A stretch of DNA of 64,000 nucleotides, from NCBI GenBank assembly GCA_051530055.1, contig CM121343.1:404389-468388 (forward strand), read 5' to 3'. Within the stretch, counting starts at the first letter, position 1; every line of letters starts with the position of its first letter. Made by a program: the position numbers and the translations under genes. Below, in pieces: positions 1-11,478 of the stretch. The notes below the pieces were generated by a model. It saw only the letters and a list, made by a program, of their open reading frames with translations, was not told the DNA's origin and made no database searches. The stretch is from Neoechinorhynchus agilis. Lineage: Eukaryota > Animalia > Acanthocephala.

Positions 1-5
1 ACGAA

Positions 6-617
6 ATGAACGACATTACAAAAACCGGAAAGATATTAATGGAATTAGGTTCGGATGATTTCCGGTCACTACTGCCTCTAAGGGACCACCCGATTCGCAA
101 AATTATCCAGGAACCGCGGAGAAGGTATTTTTGGAGACAAATGGTGGAAGCCGTTCACGTCGTGCATGCCAATCGAATAGCACATTCGGACGTAAAACCT
201 GAGAATTTCATTTTAGTCAATGGAAAGTTGAAACTGATCGACTTTGGGATGTCGTTCTATATACCACCGGGTTTATCTTCTTTATTGCGTCCCATAGCCG
301 GAACACCGGATTATATGCCACCCGAGGTATGTAGAAGCCACACTACATTTGCAGTGTTCGGCTACCAGGCCGACGTGTGGTCTCTCGGTTGTATTTTATA
401 CGAGATGACTTTTGGATACCGACCATTTGAACACGTAATTGGCAATGCAGATAAAATAATGACGATAGCCTCAATGAGGAAAGCCCTTCCCATACCAGCC
501 TGTTCTTCACCTTCCATTCGACACCTACTTAGTAGGTGCTTGCACGTGAAGCCATCAGATCGGCCAAGTACAGCTCAAATATTAGCGCATCCATATCTCA
601 CGAGCAACGCCATCTAA
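6..617 (+). CDS. TTK: Mps1/TTK-like protein kinase, C-terminal part (5' end probably outside the window)
   Basis: Motifs HSDVKPENF, LKLIDFG, GTPDYMPPE, DVWSLGCILYEMTFG, RP..AQILAHPYL. The segment 'YFWRQMVEAVHVVHANRIAHSD' resembles the Mps1 family. Confidence 0.75.
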   Translation: MNDITKTGKILMELGSDDFRSLLPLRDHPIRKIIQEPRRRYFWRQMVEAVHVVHANRIAHSDVKPENFILVNGKLKLIDFGMSFYIPPGLSSLLRPIAGTPDYMPPEVCRSHTTFAVFGYQADVWSLGCILYEMTFGYRPFEHVIGNADKIMTIASMRKALPIPACSSPSIRHLLSRCLHVKPSDRPSTAQILAHPYLTSNAI

Positions 618-1729
618 TGTAAGTGATAGGGGCGATCATAAGTAGAGCAAGTGCACCATATCTTCTGTATATATAAAGACCGCTAATGCATTGTTTTAGT
701 CGTTCATATCTGAGATCCGAATATGAGTGCTAGCAAAGAAGGACGACTTCTGGTTGTGTTGTTGTGGTACGATCATTCATTTTAACGCATCTCTAGTTTT
801 TCCAAAAGGTTCTAAACCAACCGAACCCATTTTAGAAACCAAAATGAAGGTATATTCACTGAAAAAAATATGCATACTATGGACCATATTGAATTAATTT
901 TATCCGGATGAAATAAACTTTTAATCTTAGTCACATTAAAAAAAACAACATATATACATACCTGTTCTACAGCTTTAAGACTGTCAGTGATTAATCGCAT
1001 TGCAACGTTGTCTCTTGTAACAGCAGCTAAAAAGAAAGTATCAATGTTTTATACTTTTACGCCTCCCCCCTCCTTCCGAAATTTCGAGCTGCTTTAAGTA
1101 AACCAACCCATTTATGTGCACTTTAAAGATTATTCTAAAGTTGGTTGCTTTACGAAATCTATAAAGAAATCAAAGACGTTACAATCTATTATCATCTACG
1201 CCATATGCAAGCGATTTGAAATGGATCAAAACCTTTCCGAAATTTTAAACTGATTTCAGGCTTTACAGCAAAGAATTGGTTTCGGAGATAAAGTGATCTA
1301 TTGGTTTTTACCTTATTTAGGATATAGGAGCTCATTCACCGTTTTAATTATATAAATGGAGCATAAAAGCAACAAAAGGTATGGAGCCCGCTATACTGTG
1401 CCTTCTGCATTTTAAAACGCAACTAACGTACGCATTCAATTCAAAAACGAGTTGATAGTAAAGTCAAGGTTTTTCGGTGAACCTACCGATGTGAACATAA
1501 TGGGGAGTTGAAATATTGAGCTCTAACAACACTTTTTTTTAGAAATCGGTATCACTCTTTTCATAATGCTTTCACTGGTGATTTAAACACAAATCAAATA
1601 TTAGTGATTCCCTGATTAACCGCAAGATTTAAAGGCCTGTGAACACTTACTAATATTTCCTGTTGGCAGTTTTAATACTCCAGATTTAATTGAGGATTGC
1701 ATTCAAGTGGTTAGGTAAGTTGTTACTGG

Positions 1730-3175
1730 GGTCGTTTGTCAAAACTCGAGAGGAATCATTATAGAAAAACTTATACATTTCGACTGATTGTACCAGTCAT
1801 TTGATCAATTCTATTGTTTGAAAGTTTTGTCAAGTGTGTTCACCTTAATTGACAAAACTTTCAAACAATAGAATTGATAAAATGACTGATACAATCAGTT
1901 GAAATGTATACATTCGTTTTTAATGATTCCATTCGGGTGTTGACAAGCGATCTAAATAACAACCTCGGAATTAAATTGACTAATGTGATAATTCCGACAT
2001 TTCCCCAAGGATTGTCGTTGTTTAAAACTTGTAATTTCCAATACAAACAATGACAAACCTTGGGGAAATGTCGGAATTATCAGATTAGCCAATTCAATTC
2101 CAGGGTTGTTATTTAGGCCGTTTGTCAAAACTCGAGAGGATCATTATAGAAAAACGTAAACATTTCGACCTGAAAAAATGACCGATACAACCGGTCGAAA
2201 TGTAACTTGTAATTTCCAATACAAACAATGACAAACCTTGGGGAAATGTCGGAATTATCAGATTAGCCAATTCAATTCCAGGGTTGTTATTTAGGCCGTT
2301 TGTCAAAACTCGGAGGATCATTATAGAAAAACGTAAACATTTCGACCTGAAAAAATGACCGATACAACCGGTCGAAATGTTTACATTCGTTTTTAATGAT
2401 TCCATTCGGGTGTTGACAAGCGATCTAAATAACAACCTCGGAATTAAATTGACTAATGTGATAATTCCCACATTTCCCCAAGGTTTGTAATTGTTTACAA
2501 CTTGTAATTTCCAATACAAACAATGACAAACCTTGGGGAAATGTCGGAATTATCAGATTAGCCAATTCAATTCCAGGGTTGTTATTTAGGCCGTTTGTCA
2601 AAACTCGGGAGGATCATTATAGAAAAACGTAAACATTTCGACCTGAAAAAATGACCGATACAATCAGTTGAAATGTATACATTCGTTTTTAATGATTCCA
2701 TTCGGGTGTTGACAAGCGATCTAAATAACAACCTCGGAATTAAATTGATTAATGTGATAATTCCGACATTTCCCCAAGGTTTGTCGTTGTTTAAAACTTG
2801 TAATTTCCAATACAAACAATGACAAACCTTGGGGAAATGTCGGAATTATCAGATTAGCCAATTCAATTCCACGGTTTGTTATTTGGGCCGTTTGTCAAAA
2901 CTCGGGAGGATCATTATAGAAAAACGTAAATATTTCGACCTGAAAAAATGACCGATACAACCGGTCGAAATGTTTACATTCGTTTTTAATGATTCCATTC
3001 GGGTGTTGACAAGCGATCTAAATAACAACCCCGGATTTAAATTGACTAATGTGATAATTCCGACATTTCCCCAAGGTTTGTAATTGTTTGCAACTTGTAA
3101 TTTGCCCTGCAAGCAATGGCAAACCCTGGGGAAATGTCGGAATTATCCAACTTCAAATATCGAAAATAAATAAGT
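1730..3175. repeat. Tandem fold-back array of alternating inverted ~140-160 bp units (A/B period ~296 bp)
   Basis: Unit A (e.g. 2221-2380, acaaaccttggggaaatgtcggaattatcag...) is the approximate reverse complement of unit B (2381-2520, ...gataattccgacatttccccaaggtttg). There is a near-perfect ~60 bp stem around a ~15 nt loop at about 1772-1910. Confidence 0.9.
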
Positions 3176-3347
3176 CAGTTTAAATCGGAAGTTGTTGTTG
3201 TATATCCTTCAATTTTTATCTTCATATTTGGACAATCTCATAATTTAATATTAGTGAAGTTTTTCGGTCACATTTGGTACACGAGAACTCTGTCAAGGAT
3301 AGGGCAATTGTTTTTGTAGGTTGCCTCAAAATAACAGCAGGCTGAGT

Positions 3348-4449
3348 TCATGATTGTCGGGTGAAAAGTAAAGTAATATATCGTTTAAGAATGATTCTGT
3401 ATCTAGGACAAGCGATTCCATAGAAGACGAATGTGAGTGCATGATTGGAATATGAGAGTAGATAAACGCTAGCTCTGATTGCTTCATTTGAGTCGCATTT
3501 AAGCGATGGGAACAACTGACAAATGAGCAGTGGTGAAAGAAGAGTCAAAAAGACGATATTGAACACGAGGAGAATAAAAGTCGTTTGCCATCGTTTTGCT
3601 CCTCGTCTTAGAACATTGACCTTGGTGTTCACGAGTTTGTAAAGTATACACATGGTACATACGATCATGACCACAAACGGGATTCCGACATAGCTGCCAA
3701 AGTCCCACCAGCTCCAGAATCGGGACCAATGCACTTGCATTGGCCATAGATGGAAAGCAGGACAAATCATTGAAGGACGAGGTTCCGTCCTTCCGCCATG
3801 TAATGTGGAATGCAAAAAGTATCCAATTGAGAAATAACTGATCAGTTCCATCAAAATGTGACTATTGACGACTGTAAATATGCAGCTAACGAATGCCATA
3901 TAAACTGTGGCTAGATTAGTTTTGCAAATGAACCTTGAGTATTTTGGACACAGAATGATTGTAAACCTGTCTACGCTGAGCGCGACTTGTATCCACGATG
4001 AGCAATTCGTGGAAAGATATAAAAAATAGGTTAGTGCGCAGCAGGCCACGGGACTGTAATCTCGCAGGGCGCGTTCATTCTCTTGCGGCCGCAGAAGTGG
4101 AAATGAACGACGCTTCTAAGCTGATATGACCGAGGAAATCAGATAAACCGCAAATCAGTACGAATAAATTCACCAAACTTAATGCGAGAAGGTACCGGAA
4201 AGCGGAGAACCGCCTGACCTCATAATTTAAGAACACGATTGTAGAAAGAATGTTACCGATTAGGCCGATTCCGAAGATCACGAATGCCGCGGCTCTCACT
4301 TTGGGTGAGTTGACCACAACATGATCGTGAGCGAGCGCATTAAAGTGCAAAAGTTGGATTGGATAAGAAGGTCGGCTTTTATTTGTTAGAGCATCTCGAA
4401 AATCGTATTTGTAATCGAATTGGTGCTCGAGGTAGGAGGTACGCATCAT
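3348..4449 (-). CDS. Class A (rhodopsin-like) peptide-type GPCR, two exons
   Basis: TM1 GLIGNILSTIVF, TM2 FRYLLALSLVN, TM3 CSSWIQVALSVDRF, TM7 SNHALTFVFYGIACPRYR. A predicted 49-nt GT..AAG intron at 4082-4130 joins ORFs 4075-4449 and 3348-4049 in frame. Confidence 0.85.
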
Positions 4450-4987
4450 CTATAGTCTTCTGTTCTTCAAAAATGGCTTTTCTGTGCTAATCTATGTGCC
4501 AGGAGTCACTTGTACTCTCCACAAAAGAGTTGTTTCTGATTTTAATTGAAGGTTTTTAACGCGGTAGTAGAAATGCGTATAATTTTTTTTATCACATCAT
4601 TCCGGTAGGGACGAACGGGTTAGTGTGTTTAAATCTTACGGCAACATACTTGTGTTAGATTCGACTAGAAGCAGTTCTATGCGAAAATGGGAGTTTTGAA
4701 ACCAACGAGCGCATTTCTGGAAAAAAAGTGGCACCCAAAAGAGGCGGCGTCACGGTATTCACATGCGCATTAGTGAGTGTGTTTGAGTAGTCGAAAAGTG
4801 GCTGAACTTGTTGTTGTTGTTGGTAACTCACTTACACTTGATTAAAAAAGCCCAAAAGAATAAATCGGGTTTTAGAAACCTTTTTCAAAGATAGTTCATG
4901 GCTGCATTAAACACCCTTTAAAAAAAAGTCGCCTAGCTGATTCGTTGAATATTCATGCGATGATTATTGCCAAAGTCACTCGCATTC

Positions 4988-6437
4988 TTAATGTTCCTGA
5001 TTTAGGTACGGGTTACCAATTACGCTAAATTTGGTTTTAAGGAAGTCATTATGAAAACTCTTACTGACCTCATCAGTCCTGTCCGACCGATTGAAGTTTT
5101 TACGCTCGTGCTCCTGAAAAGTGGATATCAAATTGCTAGCAACTGAACTTATACGTGAACCCAGATTAGACGCTTGCTCAACTAAATCAGATTTCATAGA
5201 ATGTAGGTTCAATCCTCTTCCCATTGGTACGGAGAGTAATCTCGACGCAAACGAGGGAGATTGAGCTTTTGAACGCTGGTCCCTTTGATGACCAAATATG
5301 TCCGAGCTCGATATTGAAGATCTGTTTAAGAATTTCGATAAATCACCACTTGAAACCGGCGTCTCATTCGGCAATGGAGACGAACAAGGCTTGTTCGTCG
5401 TGTGTTTATCAGTTGCAAAATTCTCCTGTTTAATAATATACTCATTCGAAGAAGGTTTAGTTTCTTCAGTATGCTTGGGTGGCAGTCGATCATATCGTAA
5501 ACTCTCTTTGAAAAAAAAGAGAGCTCACGATCGAAACCAATTCGACTCTTTTTGAACAAATACCTCATCAAAGTGATCACTTGAATCCAAAATCGATTCA
5601 ATCGTTTTATGGTGGTCTTCAGAACTAATGCGCTTATTGCCTCCGCTAAAAGCGATATTGGGACTTTCCTGCTTTACCTCGCTTATTATCGATTTTTGAT
5701 AAACATTTCGATGGTCACTTAGCGAAGGTGTTTTGTCGGTCGATAAAGCGGATTTCGAACGATCAGATACTTCACGGTACATTTTATCAAAAAATGTCGT
5801 GGTTTCTGTACCTTTGAGAACTTTAACTCCGCCTAATCCTCGACCTGTCGAATACGTTGATGATGATGCACTCGCGGATCCTGAATGACGCAGAGGTATG
5901 GAAGCCGGGATTGGGGCAGAAATGTTAGTGGATAAGCCCGAATCATAAATTTTGCTTTCACTAATCCTTTGCCCCAATTCAGCATGTAATCGTTGAGCCG
6001 CGATAACCAGTTTAGTTTTGTAAAGCTTAGCATTTGCATTGTCATATTTCAGTTTGGAGTTTTCATTTTCCATTATTCCATGCTGTGTAAAGAATTGACG
6101 AGCGTTGTGGTTTCCACCGACTTGCATCGTCCGAAACTGTTGGTACGTCCAGTATTTATCAAGATTTGCAGACCGTACAAAACTTATATGAACACCGAGT
6201 GAACGGTGGACTGCCGAGCAATCGATGCAAACGAATACTCCAAACGAAACCGAAGCCCAAGAAGGGTTTTTTGAGCCGCAATCAAAACAAGTCTAAAAAA
6301 GACGTTTCTATTCAAGAAAACACACTAAATCCACTCACTTGGTTCGCTTTAAGAGAACACAACTCATGAAGTCCTCGTTCGAGCATATCGATCGGAATAT
6401 AATCATCCAATCCGGCTATTGACACTTTAGCACTCAT
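4988..6437 (-). CDS. ARFGAP2: ADP-ribosylation factor GTPase-activating protein 2/3 (Glo3 family)
   Basis: ArfGAP zinc finger [40 protein letters not shown]...MQVGGN and Glo3-type ISSSDIFG motif. Predicted introns 6293-6338 (46 nt) and 5504-5563 (60 nt). ARFGAP2 versus ARFGAP3 cannot be resolved. Confidence 0.88.
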
Positions 6438-6879
6438 TGTTCCGCTCAAAAATGCCTCCTGCGAGCTATGCAATGAGATCATAACACGCACCGCATTTCA
6501 AGGAGGGAAGAATTCAACTACTCACACAACGCTCATACGTGACGTCACATGAACGCTTATATTCAGATTTAGAGAAAAATAGAATGGGAGACGTATTATT
6601 TTTTTAATTGGAATCGACGATGATACATCTCGGAAAAAACCTAGGATTTTCTCGTTCAATCGAAAATCACGATGGGAAGGTCCAATTAGACAAATGTCGT
6701 TCTCTTTAACAAGTTAAAGGGAACAAAATAATCAACTAGAACTTTTCACTTCAACGTTCATACAAAGACTTGGAGAACGGACATAAAAATTCCATTGGTG
6801 CGTTTTACTGAGATTTCGACATTGTCTCATTAAACCACAATTGAAAACTTTTTAAATACTGCCTTAACTCAAATTTCAC

Positions 6880-8205
6880 TTTGACTCCACAAAAACTATT
6901 ACTCTTACAACTAACAATTCTGCCTACTCCCCAATACTCTCCTCAGTTTGGTCATACGAATTCCTCGAAAATCTCAATAAATTATCCTGAAATTCGTCCC
7001 TTCAATCCGAAACCGGGATATTCATCGCATCATCCCCGAACTCATCAACCCTCTTACCAATATTATAAACCTCAGCTTTTTATATGGCATCTATCCCTTA
7101 TGCCTGAAAACTGCTAGTGATCCTTGTGTTCAATATACATTCCGCCCACTCTTTCAAAAGTTATCGAAAAATGTTTTAAATCTCGCATTTTTCCATTTCT
7201 CAACAACAAATTATCGCCCCTACAATTTGGCTTCCGGCCCAGGTTTTCTGCAACCGATACCCTACCTTGCACCCGTCTCATTCAGCTGGACTTTTCCAGG
7301 CCTGTTCCGATTTCGGTCTAAACGCTTGGCATATCCACTGGCTAGCCTCTAATCTTTAAAATCACTAACAATACATTCATTGCCGGGCTACCTCCTCGAT
7401 CAACAATGGAGTACATCAAGGTGCCTTCCTGTCACCACATCTTTTTCATATTTTCTTAAACAAACTTAAACCTCGTTCGTCTCACTCTAAACTTTTCTTG
7501 CCCCATCACTCAATCACCCTCCCACTTCTCACTTTCCTTAACTTCTAAAGAAATCACACACATAAAGGATTTCTACGCCAATCACAAACTCCACCTGAAT
7601 TTCTCTAAATGCTTTGAGTTGATCACCGTTTTCCCTTGCAACCCCACCACCCCAAACCTCTCCCTAAATTTATCCAAATCTTTTGAGCTCGTCCTCCACG
7701 TTTCCAAATGCAATCGTATCCCCGCGCCTCTCCCTATCCCCATCCAACGCTCCTCTTCTCTCCGAATACTGGGCCTGATTTTACAAGAAAACCTTAAATG
7801 GGATACCCACATTTCATTTACACTCTCTAAAACAAACCCTCGTCTTTACCTCCTCAAACTCCTCCGGCGTCTCGGCGTATCCCCTAAACACCTTTCCCAC
7901 TTCTATCTTTTTGCCATCCTTCCTATCCTTACATACGCTTTCCCCACTTTCCGCGCCCTTTCCGTCAATGCTTTCCATTCCCTCGAGACCTTCTACAAGA
8001 GAGCAGCGAGAATATGCGGGACTTCACTCCTTCAATCCCCTCCACAATTTTCTTCATTCATCTCTAAATACTCTTCCTTCGTAAACACCCGGAACTCCAA
8101 CCTTTTTCTCCCCCCCCTCGCTCGTACCACCCTCTACCAAAAATTTGGCCTCTCCCAAGTCCAATCTTTTCTTAATAACCGGAGAACAAGGAAAGACTCC
8201 TAATC
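6880..8205 (+). mobile_element. Decayed non-LTR retrotransposon RT region (CR1/L2/Rex-like)
   Basis: Frameshifted RT motifs LSKVIEK, LSPLQFGFRP, LDFS, and C-terminal LRILGLILQENLKWDTHI...RLYLLKLLRRLGV...PILTYA. The strand is strongly C/T-skewed. Confidence 0.8.
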
Positions 8206-8379
8206 TATCATCTCCTTTACAAAGCCTCCGATTGCACATTAAAACTCCTTCAAAGACAATTCCCACCTCCCTTGCCTCAACATCCGACATCCAGACACCT
8301 TCAGCAAAGATAGATGCTGGCAAGTGTATGGATCGTGCTTTTCTTACATAAATAAAACGTGTTTATTTATCTTACCCAG

Positions 8380-10700
8380 GCTTGGTGATCGTTTCTTGTT
8401 ATGCCCCATAAGCTGGACTCACGCAGCAGGAAAAAGACCAGTTCTGTCATGAAATCAAGGAGGAAAAACATGTGTAATATGTGGAGATCTCAACGGTATT
8501 GTTGGCGCGGAATACTTGAGCTGGTGTCAAGCACACGGTGGAAGAGGCTTTGGAACCCGAAATCCAGGGGGAGGAAGCATTTTGAACTTTGCGTTGGCAA
8601 ATAAATTTCGGAAAAGAAGAACGACGACTTGTGACTTACAGCATCGGTTGCGGGAGAAAAACGCAAATCGGTTATATCCTCTATCCACAAGAAAAATGGA
8701 GAGAAGTGAAGACCGTAAAAACTATACCTGGAGAGACGTGCGCTTCGGAACACCCTTTACTGTGCATGGACCTGGAGATCAAGAACATCAAACGGCCCAA
8801 ATACAGGATGCCTAGTAAAATCAAATGATGGCGACTTGATCAAACTCCATATCGTGAGGAATTCAAGAAGCAGGTCATCAGCATTCTAAATCACGACATT
8901 GAGGATACGAACAGATGGTGGATTAAACCGGCAGCGAAAACCTTGGAGCACGGGTAGAAAATGACTGAAACAATAAACATGGTGGTGGAACGACGAGGTG
9001 CAAAGGACGATAGCGGACAAAAAAAGCGAAAAAATGGATGCATATCATTCTAGGGGGAATAAGGAAATATATAAGAAGGCGAGAAAAAGAACAAAGAAAG
9101 TTGTGGCGACAGGGAAGCAAGAGGCAAATTCGATCTTCTATTCAAAACTGCAAGAAGACAAAACAATGTCATATGTGTTCAAAGTGGCGAAGATAAGGGA
9201 TCGAAGGACATTACGAGGGTAAAGCAAATTAAGGACAAGGATGAGAAAATTTTGAGAGAAGAAAAAGAAGTTAAAGAATGCTTCGATCAACTGCTGAACA
9301 GTAAGAATGGAACAGAAAGAGTAGAAGAGCAGGAACCTAACGAAGGATTAGTGAGCGCAATATTAGAAGTCGAAGTTAAGACAGCACTTTCCAAGATGAA
9401 AAACAGGAAAGCTACGGCCCTAGGCGAAATACCCATAGAAATCTGGAAAGTGCTTGAAGTTAATGCTGTTCCACTATTAACAAATCTCTTCAAGCGAATA
9501 CTCACTACTGAAAAGATCCGGGACGAATGGAGGCAAAGCACACTGGTACCAATATACAAACAGAGAGGAGATGTCAGAGATTGTTCAAGCTATCGAGGAA
9601 TCAAATTTTTGGGCCAACGCCTGCGGAGCGAAATGTCCCTATCAGAGGAGCAGAGAGGATTTATACCCGGCAGAAGTAGTACTGAAGCTGACTTCGCATT
9701 ACGCCATTTATATGAAAAATGTCATGAAAAACGCGAAGGGAAATACACAGCATGTTCATCGATCTCGAAAAAGTCTATGATATTGTCCCTAGAAAACTTG
9801 TATGGAACTGTCTTAGAAGAAAACTCTGCCCCAAGACTTATATCACAGCGATTCAGGGCATGTACAGGCAGAGCAAAGTGATATAACGACGCCAGTTGGT
9901 AATACGGATAGCTTCTCAGTGAACGTGGGATTGCATCAAGGTTCAGCTTTGAGCCCTTATTTGTTTGTAGTCACTATGAATGAAATAAACAAACCGATCA
10001 GTAAAGGTCCGCCATGGAACATACTTTTCGCCGACGACATCGTCCTCTCCAGTTAAAATTCCCAGGATTTCAACAATGACCTAGAGAAATGGAGGGAAGC
10101 TCTGGAAAGTCAAGGTCTAAAAATTTCCAGGAGGAGAAATCAGTCTACGTGAGAACTAAAAGCATTTTCGTTCAAGAGACAGCTGCAGAAATTCGACAAA
10201 TTCAAGTACCTCGGCTCTATGGTGTCGATATGTAAAACGAAATCGTCGCCGAGATTTCATCGAGAATAAATAGCGGATGGATGAAGTAGAAAAGTCTAAC
10301 TGGGATCTTGTGTGATAGCAAAGTACCTCTGGTTTTGAAAGGTAGAGTCAGACCAGCCATGTTATATGGGGCGGAGACATGGAACACCATTGCCAATCAC
10401 GTCAAGCGAATGCAGGCCGAGGATGAAATGAACGTGATAAAGTGGATGTTTGGGATGGCCAGGCAAGAAATGATAGCAAATAATGCGGTCCGGGGCTCAC
10501 TGAAAATGGAGGACGTGAAGGAAGCTATCGCGAAACAGAGCGATATGGTGAAAAGTGAAGAGCCGAATCGATTTATTCGAAAAGTTGAGAAAATGGAAAT
10601 AGAAGGGACCAGGAGACGCGGAAGGCCGAGAAAACGATGGAAAGATTGTGTGACTGAGGACCGACGTTTGAGAGAGAAACGGGGCGAAGGGGTGTGTGAA
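8380..10700 (+). mobile_element. Decayed RTE-clade LINE (APE endonuclease plus RT)
   Basis: APE remnants (CYAP, TQIGYIL, SEHPLLCMDL). RT motifs KMKNRKA...IPIEIWK, EWRQSTLVPIYKQRGD..CSSYRGIK, GLHQGSALSP, FADD, FKYLGS and a C-terminal RRRGRPRKRW. Many stops and frameshifts. Confidence 0.88.
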
Positions 10701-10849
10701 GTATTATTAATGCAAGTTTTTATGCGACCCCGAGAAAGGAACAGCATGAAGAAAGTTGTTCTCGGTGTCAAATTGCCGATTTTACATTCGATCAACCAGA
10801 TTTTAGGACTAAAAAGATCACGTCCAGATTAGGTGAACGTACTACTTTC

Positions 10850-10930
10850 TCATTCGGTGCCCTTCCTGGCACCACCGCCAAATGGTCTTTGGGAATTGAA
10901 CCCCGTACCTACCAGATGGGTGAGCTACTT
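10850..10930 (-). mobile_element. tRNA-headed SINE-like fragment
   Basis: The minus strand reads GTAGCTCA...GGGGTTCAATTCCC (A/B-box-like), followed by ggtgccaggaagggcacc, a motif I recall from RTE-associated SINE/5' regions. Confidence 0.4.
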
Positions 10931-10989
10931 TTTTCTTTTTTTAAGTCAAATAATATATTTTTAACAATTCAAACAATCTGTTTGAAGCA

Positions 10990-11205
10990 CACTCACCACC
11001 TCCCGCCAAATTCCAGCTTTTGTCCTTCCTCGACCGTCGCCATCACGCTGGCAGCATTGCCCCGTTGTACTGCCAGCGAGATATTTTGTCGAAGGAATAA
11101 GCCTGCTCTTGAGTCTCCGGTTGCCTCTCTCAATTTCTTCGAGAGATCCTTGAGCAGAGTGCCGAGCTGCCGAGCGCTCCATACGTCTCTACCCCAAAGG
11201 GGACA
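10990..11205 (-). mobile_element. 3' fragment of a CRE-like (RLE endonuclease) non-LTR retrotransposon
   Basis: The minus frame reads PLGVETYGALG...LFLRQNISLAVQRGNAASVMAT...GGRW*, homologous to the C-terminus at 30550-30800. Confidence 0.85.
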
Positions 11206-11478
11206 AAATAGTGAGCCCTCGATAACTGAGACAAAGTTGCACTGTGACGCATGAGGAAATGCAAAGATTGGATTACGTCATAGACGGGCGATTTACCACT
11301 CATGTTTGTAAGGATTTCATATCTGGAAGAAACAAGAAATTAAAAACAGTGAGTTTAGTGTCGACTGTTTTTTCTCCAAAAAGTGAGTGTCGGAATGAAT
11401 GAGATGACGTGTATTTCGATTCTCATTTCGTATATCGTTGGAGGTATTTAAACTCTATATTCGTACATTAAATGTTTA

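Noticed and set aside
1861-3112. Family of small MYWKLQV... proteins
   Set aside because: These are translations of the fold-back repeat units, with variable lengths and no domain.
5525-5527. Alternative genetic code (TGA reassigned)
   Set aside because: HYOU1, SNX3 and the GPCR end normally in TGA, and an intron explains the ARFGAP stop.
11270-11412. UPRE/CRE/CCAAT motifs upstream of HYOU1 (gattggattacgtca, tgacgtgt)
   Set aside because: Plausible for a UPR gene, but the motifs are too short to support without TSS or conservation data.
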